Assembly: GCF_001194135.2 (NCBI RefSeq)
Contig: NC_069002.1
Coordinates: forward strand, 28,838,831-28,902,830
Length of the DNA stretch: 64,000 bases
Direction: 5' to 3'
Origin: Octopus bimaculoides
Lineage: Eukaryota
The stretch's first letter is position 1. Every line of letters begins with the position of its first letter. Positions 11,162 to 25,537 of the stretch are shown in pieces. Below the pieces are notes generated by a model. The model was not told the origin of the DNA, searched no databases, and saw nothing but the letters and a program-made list of their open reading frames with translations. Position numbers and translations under genes: made by a program.

Positions 11162-12174
11162 GTTCCTAATGAGACGCACGTTTTCGGGGGGAAGAAGGAG
11201 TTGAAGTGGGAGGAGGGCGCGAGAAATAAAACGCTTGGGATACATTATATTAGATTTGCGTGTTAAATGTATTCAGTTAAGAATTTGGGATTAATGTTTG
11301 GCCTTTCGCCATGTGTCTCCTTTGACGCCAAGCCTGTTGTAAACTCAGCAAAGTTGACTGACCTTCCAGATCTTAAAAGGTGTGATTCCATCAAGCAAGC
11401 AAAGTGCAATCTCACCTAGAAGGGATCACACCTAGCTTCCCATCTATTGCTTTGGCACAACCCCTTCAACTCAGCATCTTTCCTTCTCTTCATTTTTCTT
11501 ACTCTTTGAATGTGGTCCCCCTATGGAACGAAGAATTCCAACAGAAACGCCTGCTTAAAAGTAACAGAAATCTTTGTCTCTAATTATTGAACCACGAGAA
11601 AACATTATGAATACATTCAAATGTAAGTTATTCACTAATTATTTTAAAATATTCTAAGTGGGAAAATTAGTAAAGAACACACTTGTTAATCGCATAGTTT
11701 CACAGAGTGTTTGTCGCAAAACCACAAATTAAACAGCAGTCGTTGTTATACATAGTGAAGCGTTTGGACTCACTGTTAGATTCCATCTCAAAGCACCTTC
11801 GTTTAGTTAATGAACATTAGTTGAACAGTAACTAAGCAACTAATCGAAGCGTTTTATAATGATCGGAATCTTTCAGAGAACAGACATTAATGAGATCACA
11901 AAAACCATATTACTATTCATTAATTATATTTCGTTGTCGGAAATATAGTAGATGCATCTGATCATGTATGTATGTATGTATGTTTGTGTGTATGAATGTG
12001 TGTATGTGTGTGTATATATGCTTGCTTGTTTGTCAGTGTGTATGTGTTACACGTATATATGTATTTATATCTACTATGTTATGTACGTGTGTGTCTACAT
12101 GTTCGTATGATTTTATAATGTATATATATGTATATATTCATGCCTGATCGTATGCTTATATGTATATACACACG

Positions 12175-12206
<32 letters not shown>

Positions 12207-12530
12207 TACATACATACATACATACACATGTATATATATACATATATATGTGTAACGGATGTACGCATGCTTATACGTATACGTTTATACATATAAATAC
12301 ATACATTTAATTATGGACTTATGCACACACGTAGTTATGGATGTGCGTAGGTACATATGTATGTTTGAATGTACACAAATATATACACGTATGTATGTAT
12401 GTATGCTTCTGTATGAGTTTATGTCGGAATACGTAATACCTAATGTGTTTGAAATGTATTGTCTCGTATTTCCAGATTTCTCGCAAAGAGGATCCTAATA
12501 CCATTATACTATACACATATATACACGCAC

Positions 12531-12561
<31 letters not shown>

Positions 12562-12569
12562 CGCACATG

Positions 12570-12631
<62 letters not shown>

Positions 12632-13025
12632 TACACATACACACGCATCGAAAGAAATTGCTGGATCTCTCATTTGTTTGTAGCACTCTGGAACGTATGC
12701 ATAATTCATTATTGATAAAATGTCCCTGGGACGACATTATACTACAGTTATATTACAGATACGATATTAAATTTTCAGATTTTATCGTTATCATTTCTGC
12801 CATGAATATATTTTACATCCAGACTTTTAACCTTCCTTTCTGAAAACCGCAGCTGAAAATGTGAGATGCTTAGTTTAAATTTATCTTTCACCAACTAGTT
12901 GCTTGTAACTCTTAACAAATTGACTTTAAAAGCAATTAAAAGACAACAATAACGTTTTCTGATTTATAAAACCAAATTTCACATTAACATCCTTCAAATG
13001 TTCTGTAATTCTCACGCATTAAACA

Positions 13026-13445
13026 CAGGCGTGGCTGCGTGGTAAGAAGCTGGCTTCGCAACCAAGTGACTTCGGGTTCAGTTCCACTGCGTGGCATCTT
13101 GGGCAAGCGTCTTCTACTATAACCTTGGACTGTCCAAACACTTGTGAGTGGATTTGGTAGACGGAAACTGAAAAGAGCCCATCATATACATTTGTGTGTG
13201 TGTGTCACTGTGTGTACGTGTCTTTGTGTCTGTGGTTCTTCCCGCCACTACCACCACTGCTTGACAACCGGTGTTGGTTTGTTTACGGCCCTGTAATCTA
13301 GCGGTTCGGCAAAAGATACTGATAGAATAGCAGGTTTTAGGTTCAGTCCTACTGCATAGCACCTTCGGCAAGTGTCTTCTACTAGAGCCTCGGGCCGACC
13401 AAGGCGTTGGGAGTGGATTTGGTAGACGGAAACTGAAAGAAACTT
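13026..13445 (+). mobile_element. CORE-like tRNA SINE (family C), long copy plus a second partial copy
   Basis: tRNA-like head GGCTGCGTGGTAAG...GGGTTCAGTTCC; CORE-like CTTGGGCAAG block; the body is repeated at 13333-13445. Confidence 0.8.
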
Positions 13446-14639
13446 ACACGATGACATCTTGTCTTCTGATATGCACAGCCATGAACCACTCAAGCCCAGC
13501 CCACCTGACTTGTAACTCAAACTAAGACAAATGCTCCAATCTCCAAGTGAACCAATGAACCAATGGAGCTCCATTATCCAAGTTCCTTTTGCAGACTTTG
13601 ATTCAATACTACTCACCCATTCATAAAGTTCTTTCCTCACAATCTACGGCAAATTTTTCTGCTCTTGAAAGGATTTTGTGTATTTATGTGTTGAAAAGAA
13701 TTTATCTTTCTACTTGTTCTTCAATACATTTCAACGCTTCAAAAACAAACTTATGTTTGTTTACATACGACGTAATATATATATATATATATATAGAAAT
13801 GCAGAGACGCCTATAATAGGACATCTACTCGCTAGAAATAGCAGCAAAAATACTACATACCACAAAAGTTAGGGATAATTTCGAAAGGAAATGAAAAATA
13901 AAAACTTTTACCAATCTATATTCTGTACCATGGTTTCAAGTCAATTTTAGTAAGATAAAGATTATATCTTACAAGGTCAGACTATCGTCAGCAGAATTGA
14001 CCAGACAACATATGAAGCACGAATCAGTACGCAGCACGGTTCGTGTTTTTATGTCTAATTTTTCAAAATATACCGCGTATTTACGGTTTACCTAATCGGC
14101 AGCAAATACAAAANNNNNNNNNNNNNNNNNNNNNNNNNNNNNNNNNNNNNNNNNNNNNNNNNNNNNNNNNNNNNNNNNNNNNNNNNNNNNNNNNNNNNNN
14201 NNNNNNNNNNNNNNNNNNNNNNNNNNNNNNNNNNNNNNNNNNNNNNNNNNNNNNNNNNNNNNNNNNNNNNNNNNNNNNNNNNNNNNNNNNNNNNNNNNNN
14301 NNNNNNNNNNNNNNNNNNNNNNNNNNNNNNNNNNNNNNNNNNNNNNNNNNNNNNNNNNNNNNNNNNNNNNNNNNNNNNNNNNNNNNNNNNNNNNNNNNNN
14401 NNNNNNNNNNNNNNNNNNNNNNNNNNNNNNNNNNNNNNNNNNNNNNNNNNNNNNNNNNNNNNNNNNNNNNNNNNNNNNNNNNNNNNNNNNNNNNNNNNNN
14501 NNNNNNNNNNNNNNNNNNNNNNNNNNNNNNNNNNNNNNNNNNNNNNNNNNNNNNNNNNNNNNNNNNNNNNNNNNNNNNNNNNNNNNNNNNNNNNNNNNNN
14601 NNNNNNNNATATATATATATATATATATAGCCAAGATTC

Positions 14640-14950
14640 TGACATTACAAGAAACAGAACCAGATATATACTGAAACAACTTGGGTTTCAAGGGCGCACA
14701 ACTCTTCAATATCCTTCCCCAAAACACGGGTTGGATGTAGGTGTCTTCAAATAGAACTGAATCTCCTCCTGTCCAGAGTTCCGGATGACCCTACCTCGCG
14801 ACAGGTAACACAGACGAGAGCAGCAACTTCCAACTCCTTCATTCACTAGATGCCACATATCAGAGGAGGTTTCAATTAGTGAAAGTGTAGCAAAGTTAAC
14901 GGCCGTGCCCCAGCATGACCACAGCACTCGAGCTGAACCTAATGCAAGAA
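14640..14950 (+). mobile_element. CR1/Jockey-like LINE 3' end
   Basis: LGFKGAQLFNILP...LLSRVPDDP...RAATSNSF, a typical LINE ORF2 C-terminus, followed by a short 3' tail. Confidence 0.65.
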
Positions 14951-14977
14951 AAAATACATACATACATACATACATAC

Positions 14978-15790
14978 ATGCTCCTGGAAGAAGGTAAACA
15001 TTGATTATCAAAGCAGTCTGTCACGGACCAACAAATGGATTACTAACTCCCACTTTGAAGGGTAGGCGTTTGCAATTCAGGAACAGGAACTGATGCAGAC
15101 TTTGTGGATTTACCACCGAAGATATCACCCACATCATAAGCAGTTGTCCGAAAATGTCATTATGGTATCATCTACCGATTAAATATGATATTGTGGTAAG
15201 GACACTATATAATGAGACCTGTCGGAAGGCTAACCTCGAGGTCAAAGAAAATAAGAACCCACAGTATGGTACAAGCCATAGCCACTCATAATAAAAAGGA
15301 GTACTGGTGGAATGCCCCAGTGAAAACCTCAATAAGAGGATAGATCTGCCAATGTGATTTGGGATAGAGAAGAGAAACTGTGTACAGTAGTGGAAATTAG
15401 CTGTCCAGTGGATGTTAACAAAGCTGAATCAATGAAAAAGAAAATACCTACACTGAACTATTGAGAAATCTCTATCTACTCTATCCAGATAACAAGTTCA
15501 GGCTTATACCTGTAATTATTGGGGCTCTGGAATATGTAACACGCTGCCTAAGTACCAATCTTGAGAAATTACGCTTCTCAAAACCAGAAAAAAGAAAGCG
15601 TATTTGAAGACTACAGATTCAATCCATAATTGGAACTGTTAAAATCTGTAAAACTTTCCAGAAGGTTATCATTTAAAGTATATAAATAGACATGCAATTA
15701 TATGCGTGAGAGTACATACATGAAACAAAACATACAATTCTGCGCATATACATACATAAATACATACATACATACATATATACATAGATG
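14978..15790 (+). mobile_element. R4/Dong-like (REL-endonuclease) LINE, 3' portion
   Basis: SHFEG..FAIQEQE, CRLCG..EDITHIISSCPK zinc motif, EYWWN, IWDREEK..EISCP, IPVIIGAL...KICKTF; stops and frameshifts present. Confidence 0.8.
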
Positions 15791-16009
15791 TGCGTGTGCA
15801 CGCACGTTTACATATATGCAAATGAGTCAAGAAGTAACATAGTAACCTACATCGAAGATACTGGGTCCAGTGAAATTTATTTATGGGACTCAATAATGCA
15901 CACACATACAGACACACATATATATATAACACTATAACACAATGTACTTTAGTCGGTGAGAACTCGATAAATAGAAAATAAATTTGTTTAGAACAATAAT
16001 ATAATGCAA

Positions 16010-16167
16010 TATAATGATGGCTGAAACGGAAGGACATTGGAAAATGAAATCTTAACCAAGATAGTAATGGAAGTATAAATTTATATTCTATATAAATACA
16101 TGTTTACCAAAATTTTACACGGTGTATTTTTACTGTCTTCTATACTTTCGTTTCAGCCATCATTATA
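16010..16167. mobile_element. Small MITE-like element
   Basis: Perfect 19-bp inverted ends TATAATGATGGCTGAAACG (16010-16028/16149-16167); outer TA is a possible TSD. Confidence 0.6.
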
Positions 16168-16294
16168 GTTCTTCATTATAAAAGTGTGTGCGTGCGCGTG
16201 CGCGCATGTGTCTAAGCGTGCACGCGTAGAAACACATATACGCATAAAATATATATAAATATATATACATATATATAAAGATATGTATGTATCT

Positions 16295-16329
<35 letters not shown>

Positions 16330-16456
16330 AGTGTATATATGTTTTATATATATATATACTCACAAATACTTATGCATGCATATATATATATATATGTGTG
16401 TTGGGACATATATGCATATATTTAAATACATATATATATACATGTGCATATACACA

Positions 16457-16506
<50 letters not shown>

Positions 16507-17254
16507 CCAGAGTACATAAGTGTATGTTAGTGTGTATGTGCATGTTTATGTGTAGTTAGAAACACGTGCGCGCGCACACATTCACACACACAGACACTCA
16601 CATACACACACACATTATTTCAATTTATATTCCTAGAAATGTATATATTCAGTTAAGTGTTTATTATATTAAGTTATATAGCAATGAGCCATGTTCGTTT
16701 TGCACTCTTGTCTAGTTCTCGCTTGAAGATATATTTCTGGTGTATTTCGAGAAATAATTCCATTAATAGTTGTGGCATCACTAAAAATCTATTTATTGAG
16801 ACACACTCTAACGAGAAGATAGACATAAAGTTTGTGAAAAATTGAAATTTAAGAGGTTTTTCAGTCTGTTTTACAACACGTGGCTTTACTGACGCGAATG
16901 CAAATACAGTGTGCATAAATTTAAATTGCCTCTTAATTTTCCGGTACCAAGAAAAAAAAAATTTATAAATTAAAATGCAAAATGAAAATATGCACCATGG
17001 AGAGAAACTAGTAAGACGCCCGGATACTTTAGTGTCTCATGATTTAGCCTACAAGAGAGCATCATTTGGAGAATTTGAAATCCTTGGGAAGATACAGCAG
17101 TGTGATGAAAAGTTTTTATCACGAGAACATTGAAAATGAAGTGTACTAAAACCAGTGCATGCGCGTATTTGGAGTATGACCCCACCTACCGGTGAACAAC
17201 TGCATTTTGTGTCAGTACAGCGTTCAACATTTATTAAAAAAAATTTTTTTTTTA

Positions 17255-17258
17255 TGTG

Positions 17259-17352
<94 letters not shown>
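17255..17352. repeat. (TG)n microsatellite
   Basis: Direct inspection. Confidence 0.95.
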
Positions 17353-17356
<4 letters not shown>

Positions 17357-17812
17357 CATGCAGCAAAACGAACTGAGGAGTGCTCAGCTCGTGTTTTAAC
17401 GTATATAGTACCATGGTACATTGAACTGGTGTATGTAGATATGTTTGTGTGCGAATACACACACACACACACATATATATATAGTTATGTGGAGAATGGA
17501 GAAACAAACACAAGAAGAAGCAAGTCAACTGGGCTAGTTAGACATTGATTTAATTATCTGGAGATTATATAATGAGTCATTTACGCACGTTTGAATGTGC
17601 CAAATGGTTTGGCAGATCTCCTCAGAATGTTGAGGAGTATAACTATAATTATAAACTGCGGTTTAAACAATAAATTACCTGCCTCTGGATACCTTCTAAC
17701 GAAGAAGGTACCCACACAAGTGATTCCCAGGAGTGCCTCCGGATTTAAATATCCCCTGGTTGCTTGGATACTTCAGACTACCCCTGAAATATTGAAGCAA
17801 TCCTATCATTTA

Positions 17813-17850
<38 letters not shown>

Positions 17851-18419
17851 GAAGTGCAAATGAGGTCAGCGGTATCAAACTTCCTCATACACCAAATGTC
17901 AAGTTCTAAAAAGAATGAGTGAAGAAATAATATATAAGAAATAATTGAGATTCAGTTGAATTAGGTACTTAAGTTGAAGCACTAAGTCAGTCCGGTATTA
18001 TCCGAACAGCTTGAAGTAAGGCGAATAAAATCAAAGTAAGCAACAGGATATCAAGAAGTGATGCAGTACGACCGTTTCAAGCAGCTCCATTTAATTGCAT
18101 CGATTTAAATGCAGGGCTATCATCAGCTGCACAAATAAATAGAATTTTAATCAGTCGGACACATTAAAATAATTTTACTCGAATGCTTTAACAGAGCAAG
18201 AAGATGGAAGAAATTCATGTTGTCGCTTTTTGTCTTCGTCTTTATATTTTCGTTTCTCATTGTGTGTAACGTTATTTGTGATGTCCTGTACCCATATATG
18301 CTTGATGTATACATATAGATGTCGGTATGTACATATATGTATGGATATGTGCATATAATTATACATTATTTATGCTATTATATGATAGAACGCCACGCAT
18401 TGCATCCAAGTAAGTTTTA

Positions 18420-18506
18420 TCTATCTATCTATCTATCTATCTATATACATATATATATATATATTGGTTGATAGATAAATAGATAGATAATTAGGTAGAT
18501 ATGTGG

Positions 18507-18544
<38 letters not shown>

Positions 18545-18990
18545 GTACATATATATATACATATATACAAACATATAGATACATACATATATATATATAT
18601 ACATGCACATGTATATATATATACACACACATATACATATATACACATATACACACACACATACATATATATACACACATATATATACACATATACACAT
18701 ACATATATACACACATATATATATATGCAAATATATACACACATATATATACACACACACATATATACACATATATATACACAAATATATATATATATAC
18801 ACACATATATATATACACACACACATATATATACACACATATATATATATACATATATACACATATATATACATACATATATACACATATATATACATAC
18901 ATATATACACATATATATATGCATTTATATACACATACATATATACACGTGCGTGCGTGCGTGCGTGCGTGCGTGCGTGTGTGTTTGTGT
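18420..18990. repeat. Compound (TCTA)/(TA)/(CA)/(GTGC) microsatellite
   Basis: Direct inspection; source of several long spurious ORFs. Confidence 0.95.
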
Positions 18991-19899
18991 AACTATTAGA
19001 TACAAAACCTCTGAGATCATCAAATACAATATATTATGGTTTTCTGTCTGAAATCGCCATTCAGAATTATTTCGAAATGACATTTGTAAAGTCCCCAGTT
19101 TAGTCGCCATATTTAATAGATCTTTTCTTCTGAAAAGAAAGACAATATTTGAAATTTAGGTAGAAAATGTATTATTACATGCAGAATGCCTCCAGAGGAA
19201 GGGAAAGACAAAATCGTCGTATGTGGGACGCTTTCTATCATTATTCTGTTAAATGAGGACTGACATGAGAGTAAAAAAAGTTAATGAATGTCCTGTTATA
19301 ACGGTTGTAGCCAACAAGACAAACTGTTTAATTGGCAATTTTCTTTCTGTGTAGAATCTTATGAGATTTGACAAATATTGGAACCCAATTCGAAATATAA
19401 ACATTAAATGAAACAAGAAGACTTATTTCATACATCTGCAGTCGAAGCAGCATGTATAAGAAATTTTCTTTTCTTTTGTGGTTGGATTGCGAAAAATTAG
19501 TTATAAGGTTGGTCATTCAACTTGGGTGCCTTTGTTTTATCTATCTATCTATCTATTCCTCTCCGACATGTCAGGTCCGAAAATTCCCAAAACCAATCTT
19601 GAGAAAAACTTTCAAGAATGTTTCGGTATGAAAAAGGGAAAGAAAACAAACAAGCAAAATAATATGCAAGACGGAAAAGTGTGCAATTACGTTATGGGGA
19701 AAAACAGAGGACAATTCAACGTTTCAAACGATAGTTATTCATCAGAAACAAAAAGAAGAAAAAAGATAATACTATCAGGTTACGCGAAACAGTGTTGTTT
19801 AAAGCAAGACCGGTGGATAGCGAACGGAAGTAAGTTGTAACATGATTGATAGATATACAGTACAGTTAACGACGTAAGAGTGAAAGAATGAAATTGCAT

Positions 19900-21560
19900 C
19901 AGAAGAGCCAATGAGCGTATCCGGGCTTCAAGAGATACACTGTGTCTGTTTACGTTGTCTTTGTAACAATCAGAAATTTTGTAATGACTCGAACTCGAGA
20001 GGGAGTGAGTTAGCGGTGAGTGAATTATTTTTTTCTTTGTCCCATCCTGAGAATTCTTGGAAAAGGATGGTAGTAACCAACGTAAGCTTCGACTGTTTTG
20101 TTACCTGTTCAGCCACAAGCGGTTTCAGCAAATGAGAGGAACATGATATAGGAGGGAGTGTTAGCATTTCTAGTAAGGTGGCAAGGCAGCTTAATGGCGA
20201 AGTAGATGCGCTTCCGCAGCTGAAGAAACTGAACGGAATGTTGGGTGTTGCGAACTTTATTCCTTTGTATCTTCAAATGATTGGTTTTCTATTTTTGAGG
20301 ATGAATAAAGACGAACAATTAAGTGCGAGGAGAAAATAGAAACCAGACTGATAGAGGCCTTCACAGAGAAGGCGTTTATGGTCTATAGAAAATTTAGAAA
20401 GACTAAATGGATACATATTATTTAAAATGTAGAAAAATGGTGGTTGGCCGAGTATATCAGAGAGGGGTTGGAAGGAGTGTTTCCTGGTAGTCTTTCGAAT
20501 GGCTTCCTGATTACATTTCAATATGTCTACAGTTGTTGCTGGACAATAATGCACATTAAAACCGATGCTGTGGGTTATTTAGTGACCATCTCTAGAGACT
20601 AACAAAGCATAAAATTTTGCAGAAATCGCTACGGTGGGACCTAGTATGAGACGGCAAGTTTTGAACAATGACGAACTTAGGAAGAGAATAAGCGAATGCA
20701 AGTGTTCAATGAACTGTGTTTTAGGTATCACCAGACACAAATGGTCAACGATTATACGGAGCTGAAGTTTGGAATGGTCTGATACGATTCTGCAACGTGG
20801 TATGTCATGAGCTCTTTAATATAGCCTGGGAAACGGTCAAAGAGGAGATACTGCATCTGTAGCTACTGTTTCACCACTTTGAAGTACTCTTACATTCACT
20901 TGCCTCAGTGGAACGTCTGGCAGGAGAAGCGTAGAGAGCCAGACACTTCATTGATACTTGTTACACAATGGTTTTAGTGAGTTCAAGGCTGATAGTAGAA
21001 AGGAGTGAGATGAGAAACATAAAGGCGGTCGATGATAGTGAGGTTACGTGTCCCTATACCAACACATCAGAGATGACAACAGGTGTGGAACTTGATGGAA
21101 GTTCCAGTTAATCAGGATTCAGTACATTATCGATAAAAATGATGGAGTCATGGGTATGAATGTAACATCTAACTGGAAGGCGTAATGGTTCAATGAGGCG
21201 TGTAGTATTTGAGAGGTGCGGTGTCCCACGATCGTGCAGAGTATGAAACCAAAGACTAGGAATTGTGGAATTGTAGCAGCAGGCTCTGAAGAAAGGATGT
21301 TTCTTGAATGATTGAGAACTAAGATTTCCGTTCACAGTTTGATGGCAAGCTATGAACAGCAATCAATTTCCGTAACGGAGTTTGACAGCAAGCAAAGTCA
21401 GTTGGTTCTAGAGATGGAAACTTCCGGTGTTAAAGAATAAGGTGAACCGGAATGGATCTTCTTCAAAAGGCAAGAGTTGAGATAGAAGATATCGGGCTCA
21501 GGTAAGGGTTATTAGAAAGTTGATAAGATCGTTTAATGACATAGAAGATGTGGTCGCTTG
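19900..21560 (-). mobile_element. Highly degenerate CR1/L2-type LINE RT region
   Basis: Frameshifted minus-strand remnants in RT order: DRFPGYIKEL, LVIPK, FCKIL...QHRF, ILGQPPFFYILN. Confidence 0.55.
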
Positions 21561-21770
21561 GTTGAAGAAATGAAATCTCGCCAAGGCGATAATACAACAC
21601 TGACACCGTTGATTTATTGTTGTCAAAACGAGATTGCATGACACATATACGCGGGTGTGATTTAAAACGCTTGTGTTTTAAAACAGTTTCACATGTACGT
21701 GTGCGTATTTGTAGATTTGTAGGTTTATCGGTGAGGATACGTGACTTTTACCGAACTAAGCAATAACGAG

Positions 21771-21815
<45 letters not shown>

Positions 21816-21854
21816 GAGATAGATAGATAAACATACTGACATAGATAGATACAT

Positions 21855-21895
<41 letters not shown>

Positions 21896-22476
21896 CAGAC
21901 ATACATAAAAACAGAAATAGTATGAAACCAGGTATCACTGTTTCAATATACGAGTCTCTGTGTATGCAGTTATGCGCAGGCGCAAGTATAAATGCATTTA
22001 AACAGAACTACTTAGTAATAAAAATATAGCCATCGCTTCAGAATATAAAAGAAGGAAAAAAAACACACATAGCGAGACAAAAGGTCCAAAGAAAATGGAG
22101 TAAAAAGCAGCAACAAAGGCAGAACATTACAAGAACTGTGAAAGGGTGTTTGAAAAGTGTAAATCTGTAGAAATCTAGTGTTGTATATATTTACTTTGAA
22201 ATGTAAACTTAGCAGAGAAGTAATTGTATTATGGAAGAGAAACATTGTTTATTGTTTACGTGTTTATATTTTTATTTATGTATTTTATATGACATCACTT
22301 GACTGCTTATAAATCTTGAAACTGGCAAACATATATTCGCACAATAGACACATAAACTAGAGGCGCACAGATTTATGTATGTGCACATATATACTTCATA
22401 AATATACTAATGTTTCATAGATAAATAGAGATAGAGAGACAGACAGACAGACAGAAAGAGAGAGATACACATATAC

Positions 22477-22567
<91 letters not shown>

Positions 22568-22669
22568 GATATATAATATACATATGTAAAACTTTATGTA
22601 CATATATATTAATACACATATATTCACATACGTATATATATATTTATATGTGCCTACATAAATATGCCT

Positions 22670-22724
<55 letters not shown>

Positions 22725-22894
22725 GTATAGGTTTGTATGTATACGCACGCACACATAATGTGTATGTGTGTGCGTGTATGTATTTGTGTGTAGTGAAATG
22801 AAATACCTTGTCTACTCGATCTCATCGATTATTTAGTAGACTTAACTCATATCTATATTTTCCGGTACCTCTTATTCTTCCAATCCTATTATTT

Positions 22895-22944
<50 letters not shown>

Positions 22945-23104
22945 TTTTTGTGTGGTTTTGTGTGGTTTTGTGTGGTTTTGTGTCTTATCTTCGAGATCGC
23001 ATATTCACAGCTCGATACATTTGTACGCTATAGTATTTGAGGAAATATAGATATACATGTACATGCATACACATCTGGCACACTGTCAGTAACAATGAGT
23101 ATTG

Positions 23105-23400
23105 TTCCAATTGATAAAATCAGTCCAACAGCCTGCTCGTGAAATTAACATGGGAGTGTCTGAGTACTCCGCAGACAAGCGTACCCTGAACGTAGTTCTC
23201 AGGGTGATTCAGCAAGCATGATACAGAATGTGACAGGTCTGGCCCTTTGAAAATCATGTACTACTCGTAATTGCTTGCTGAGTGGACTGGAACAGCGTGA
23301 AATAAAGTTACTTGCTTAAGGACAAGACGCACTGCCAGGAGTCGAACTCCTGACCTGACGATCCAGAGCTGAATACTCTAACCATTAAGCCATGCACCTT
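23105..23400 (-). mobile_element. tRNA-derived SINE sharing its 3' half with family A
   Basis: AACAGCCTGCTCGTGAAATTAAC...CGTAGTTCTC is shared with 91-472; the tRNA-like head differs (TGGCTTAATGG, GAGTTCGACTCC). Confidence 0.7.
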
Positions 23401-23596
23401 TAGACATACACACACACACACACGAAAAACAAGGAAACCAACTTTCTCTATATAAGCGTGTAAATATATAAATGTGTACATGCTTACATATATACATACA
23501 TACATATACATATATATATATATATATACATAAGCGAACAAACAGGCATGTATACAAACATTTTCTTGTATGTATATGTATTTTCAAGTATATATA

Positions 23597-23634
<38 letters not shown>

Positions 23635-23659
23635 CACAAACGCACACACATACACACAC

Positions 23660-24240
23660 GGAAAGAAAGAAAAACAACTCTGCCATCTGAGATTTGTAGA
23701 TGACATCATGTTCTGTTAACAAACTGTTTAACAAGAGACAGAGGAAATACAAAGAGAATTATTTTGCCTGGAAGCAAGGTTAACTGTCTGAGAATGAACA
23801 GAAATAGAAAGAAAACAAAAACTTACACGAATTGATGAGGTAACACCAAAAGTGTTTGCGATAGAGGAAACGGAAACACAACAAGCAGCAGACTCCGTAT
23901 ATTTAAGATTATGAATAAATGCGGAATAAAAAGACAGAGAAATATGTAAAGGAGGGATAAATTTTAGGCTGTGCCGCGTTCAGCAAGCATGGCCGTGTTA
24001 GGAAGTTACCCCCTCGTTGTCTGTTTCAAAAGAAACATGAATGAGTGATTAACAAACAACGGGGGGAAAACGTAAAATCTAACAGTAGAGACAACCATTG
24101 GACAAAATTCATTCTGAAATGGCGATCCATGCCAGGGCAGAGCAAGGAAGGAATGGAGCGATGAGAAGGAGACTTACTGGGAACCCAGTCTATTCATATG
24201 ATAACATCAAGCGGCTAACTGAAACAGTAGTAACGACATG
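23660..24240 (+). mobile_element. Degenerate RTE-clade LINE RT fragment
   Basis: LCHLRFVDDIM (the RTE LRFADD motif), followed by decayed downstream RT and C-terminal motifs. Confidence 0.6.
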
Positions 24241-24602
24241 GTTAGCCATTTTCTTCAGCAACAGATCGATAATAATTCACAGTAACAACGGCGCGGGTAT
24301 GTATATATATATATATNNNNNNNNNNNNNNNNNNNNNNNNNNNNNNNNNNNNNNNNNNNNNNNNNNNNNNNNNNNNNNNNNNNNNNNNNNNNNNNNNNNN
24401 NNNNNNNNNNNNNNNNNNNNNNNNNNNNNNNNNNNNNNNNNNNNNNNNNNNNNNNNNNNNNNNNNNNNNNNNNNNNNNNNNNNNNNNNNNNNNNNNNNNN
24501 NNNNNNNNNNNNNNNNNNNNNNNNNNNNNNNNNNNNNNNNNNNNNNCCTTATAGGGCTATTTTTTGCTGGAAATTAATACATTTGTATTAATACATTTGT
24601 TT

Positions 24603-24684
<82 letters not shown>

Positions 24685-24686
<2 letters not shown>

Positions 24687-25537
24687 TCTGATCAATAAGT
24701 ATCTGGACTGTTGCTGTAGTAATGAAGCTAAAGCATGGAGAGTGAAGCTGCTTTGGCACCGATTGACTTTGAATTCTACTTTTAACGTTCTTGTTCACAA
24801 CTGCTGTTTACACCGGTGCTTGAAAGGAAGGCACGTAGCGTGTGATCGTCGCATTGACCATAACAGAGAAAGTTGAACTGAGAATCGGCATCAAATTTTA
24901 CAGAAAGCTTGGCGATACCTGCTCAGAGACCTACGCAAAGTTTTCATCGTTCTCAGCACAATCCAGATCTTATACAACTGAAACCCGATTGTAGTTTTGG
25001 TCAGCTGAAAGCGGGTTTGGCACAAACTTGGCAGACACGCGTCTCATACCCACATCTGCAGTGATAATGGACTGAACTGAACCTTAACTAATCTGTACAT
25101 CTGACAACTCAAAGATGGTGATCCGACGATTTCCCCTCACAGCTGCACGCACGTCTGCGATGTTTTTCTCAGTTCTGCTGGTTGCGAGTCTCCCAGAACG
25201 TTTGTCAATATCGACATTTTTCGGCCATCTTGGAAACGTCCGAACCACGCGTACATTTGTGGGCGGCTCATACAGTCCTCTCCATACAATTTCTGCAGCC
25301 TTGCGTTGGCCTCTGAGCAGGTATCACCATGACAACTTTCTGTCATGATCAATTCGACGACCACATGCTACACACCTTCCTTCTAAGCACAGCTATAAAC
25401 GGCGGAAGTGAGCTAGAACGTTAAGACTTAGTGTACATGTACATCAGAGTTCAAGGTCAATCTGTGCCAAGCGGATTTACTCTGCATGCTTTAGCTTCGT
25501 TACTATGGCAACATTCCGGATATTTATTGATCATACA
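24685..25537. mobile_element. Two mariner 5' halves joined in inverted orientation
   Basis: Both ends read TGATCAATAA(G/A)TATC.GGA.TGTTGC inward. Plus strand encodes EKVELRIGIKFYRKLGDTCSET; minus strand encodes GDTCSEANARLQKLYGEDCMSRPQMYAWFGRFQDGR...RRVSAKFVP. Confidence 0.8.

Noticed and set aside
13832-13844. GCTAGAAATAGCA identical to part of the SpCas9 sgRNA scaffold
   Set aside because: Only 13 nt match, the flanks do not, and the motif belongs to a dispersed endogenous repeat. There is no CRISPR array or cas gene.
17000-17240. Possible very old mariner C-terminal remnant
   Set aside because: The similarity (SHDLAY...) is too weak to support.
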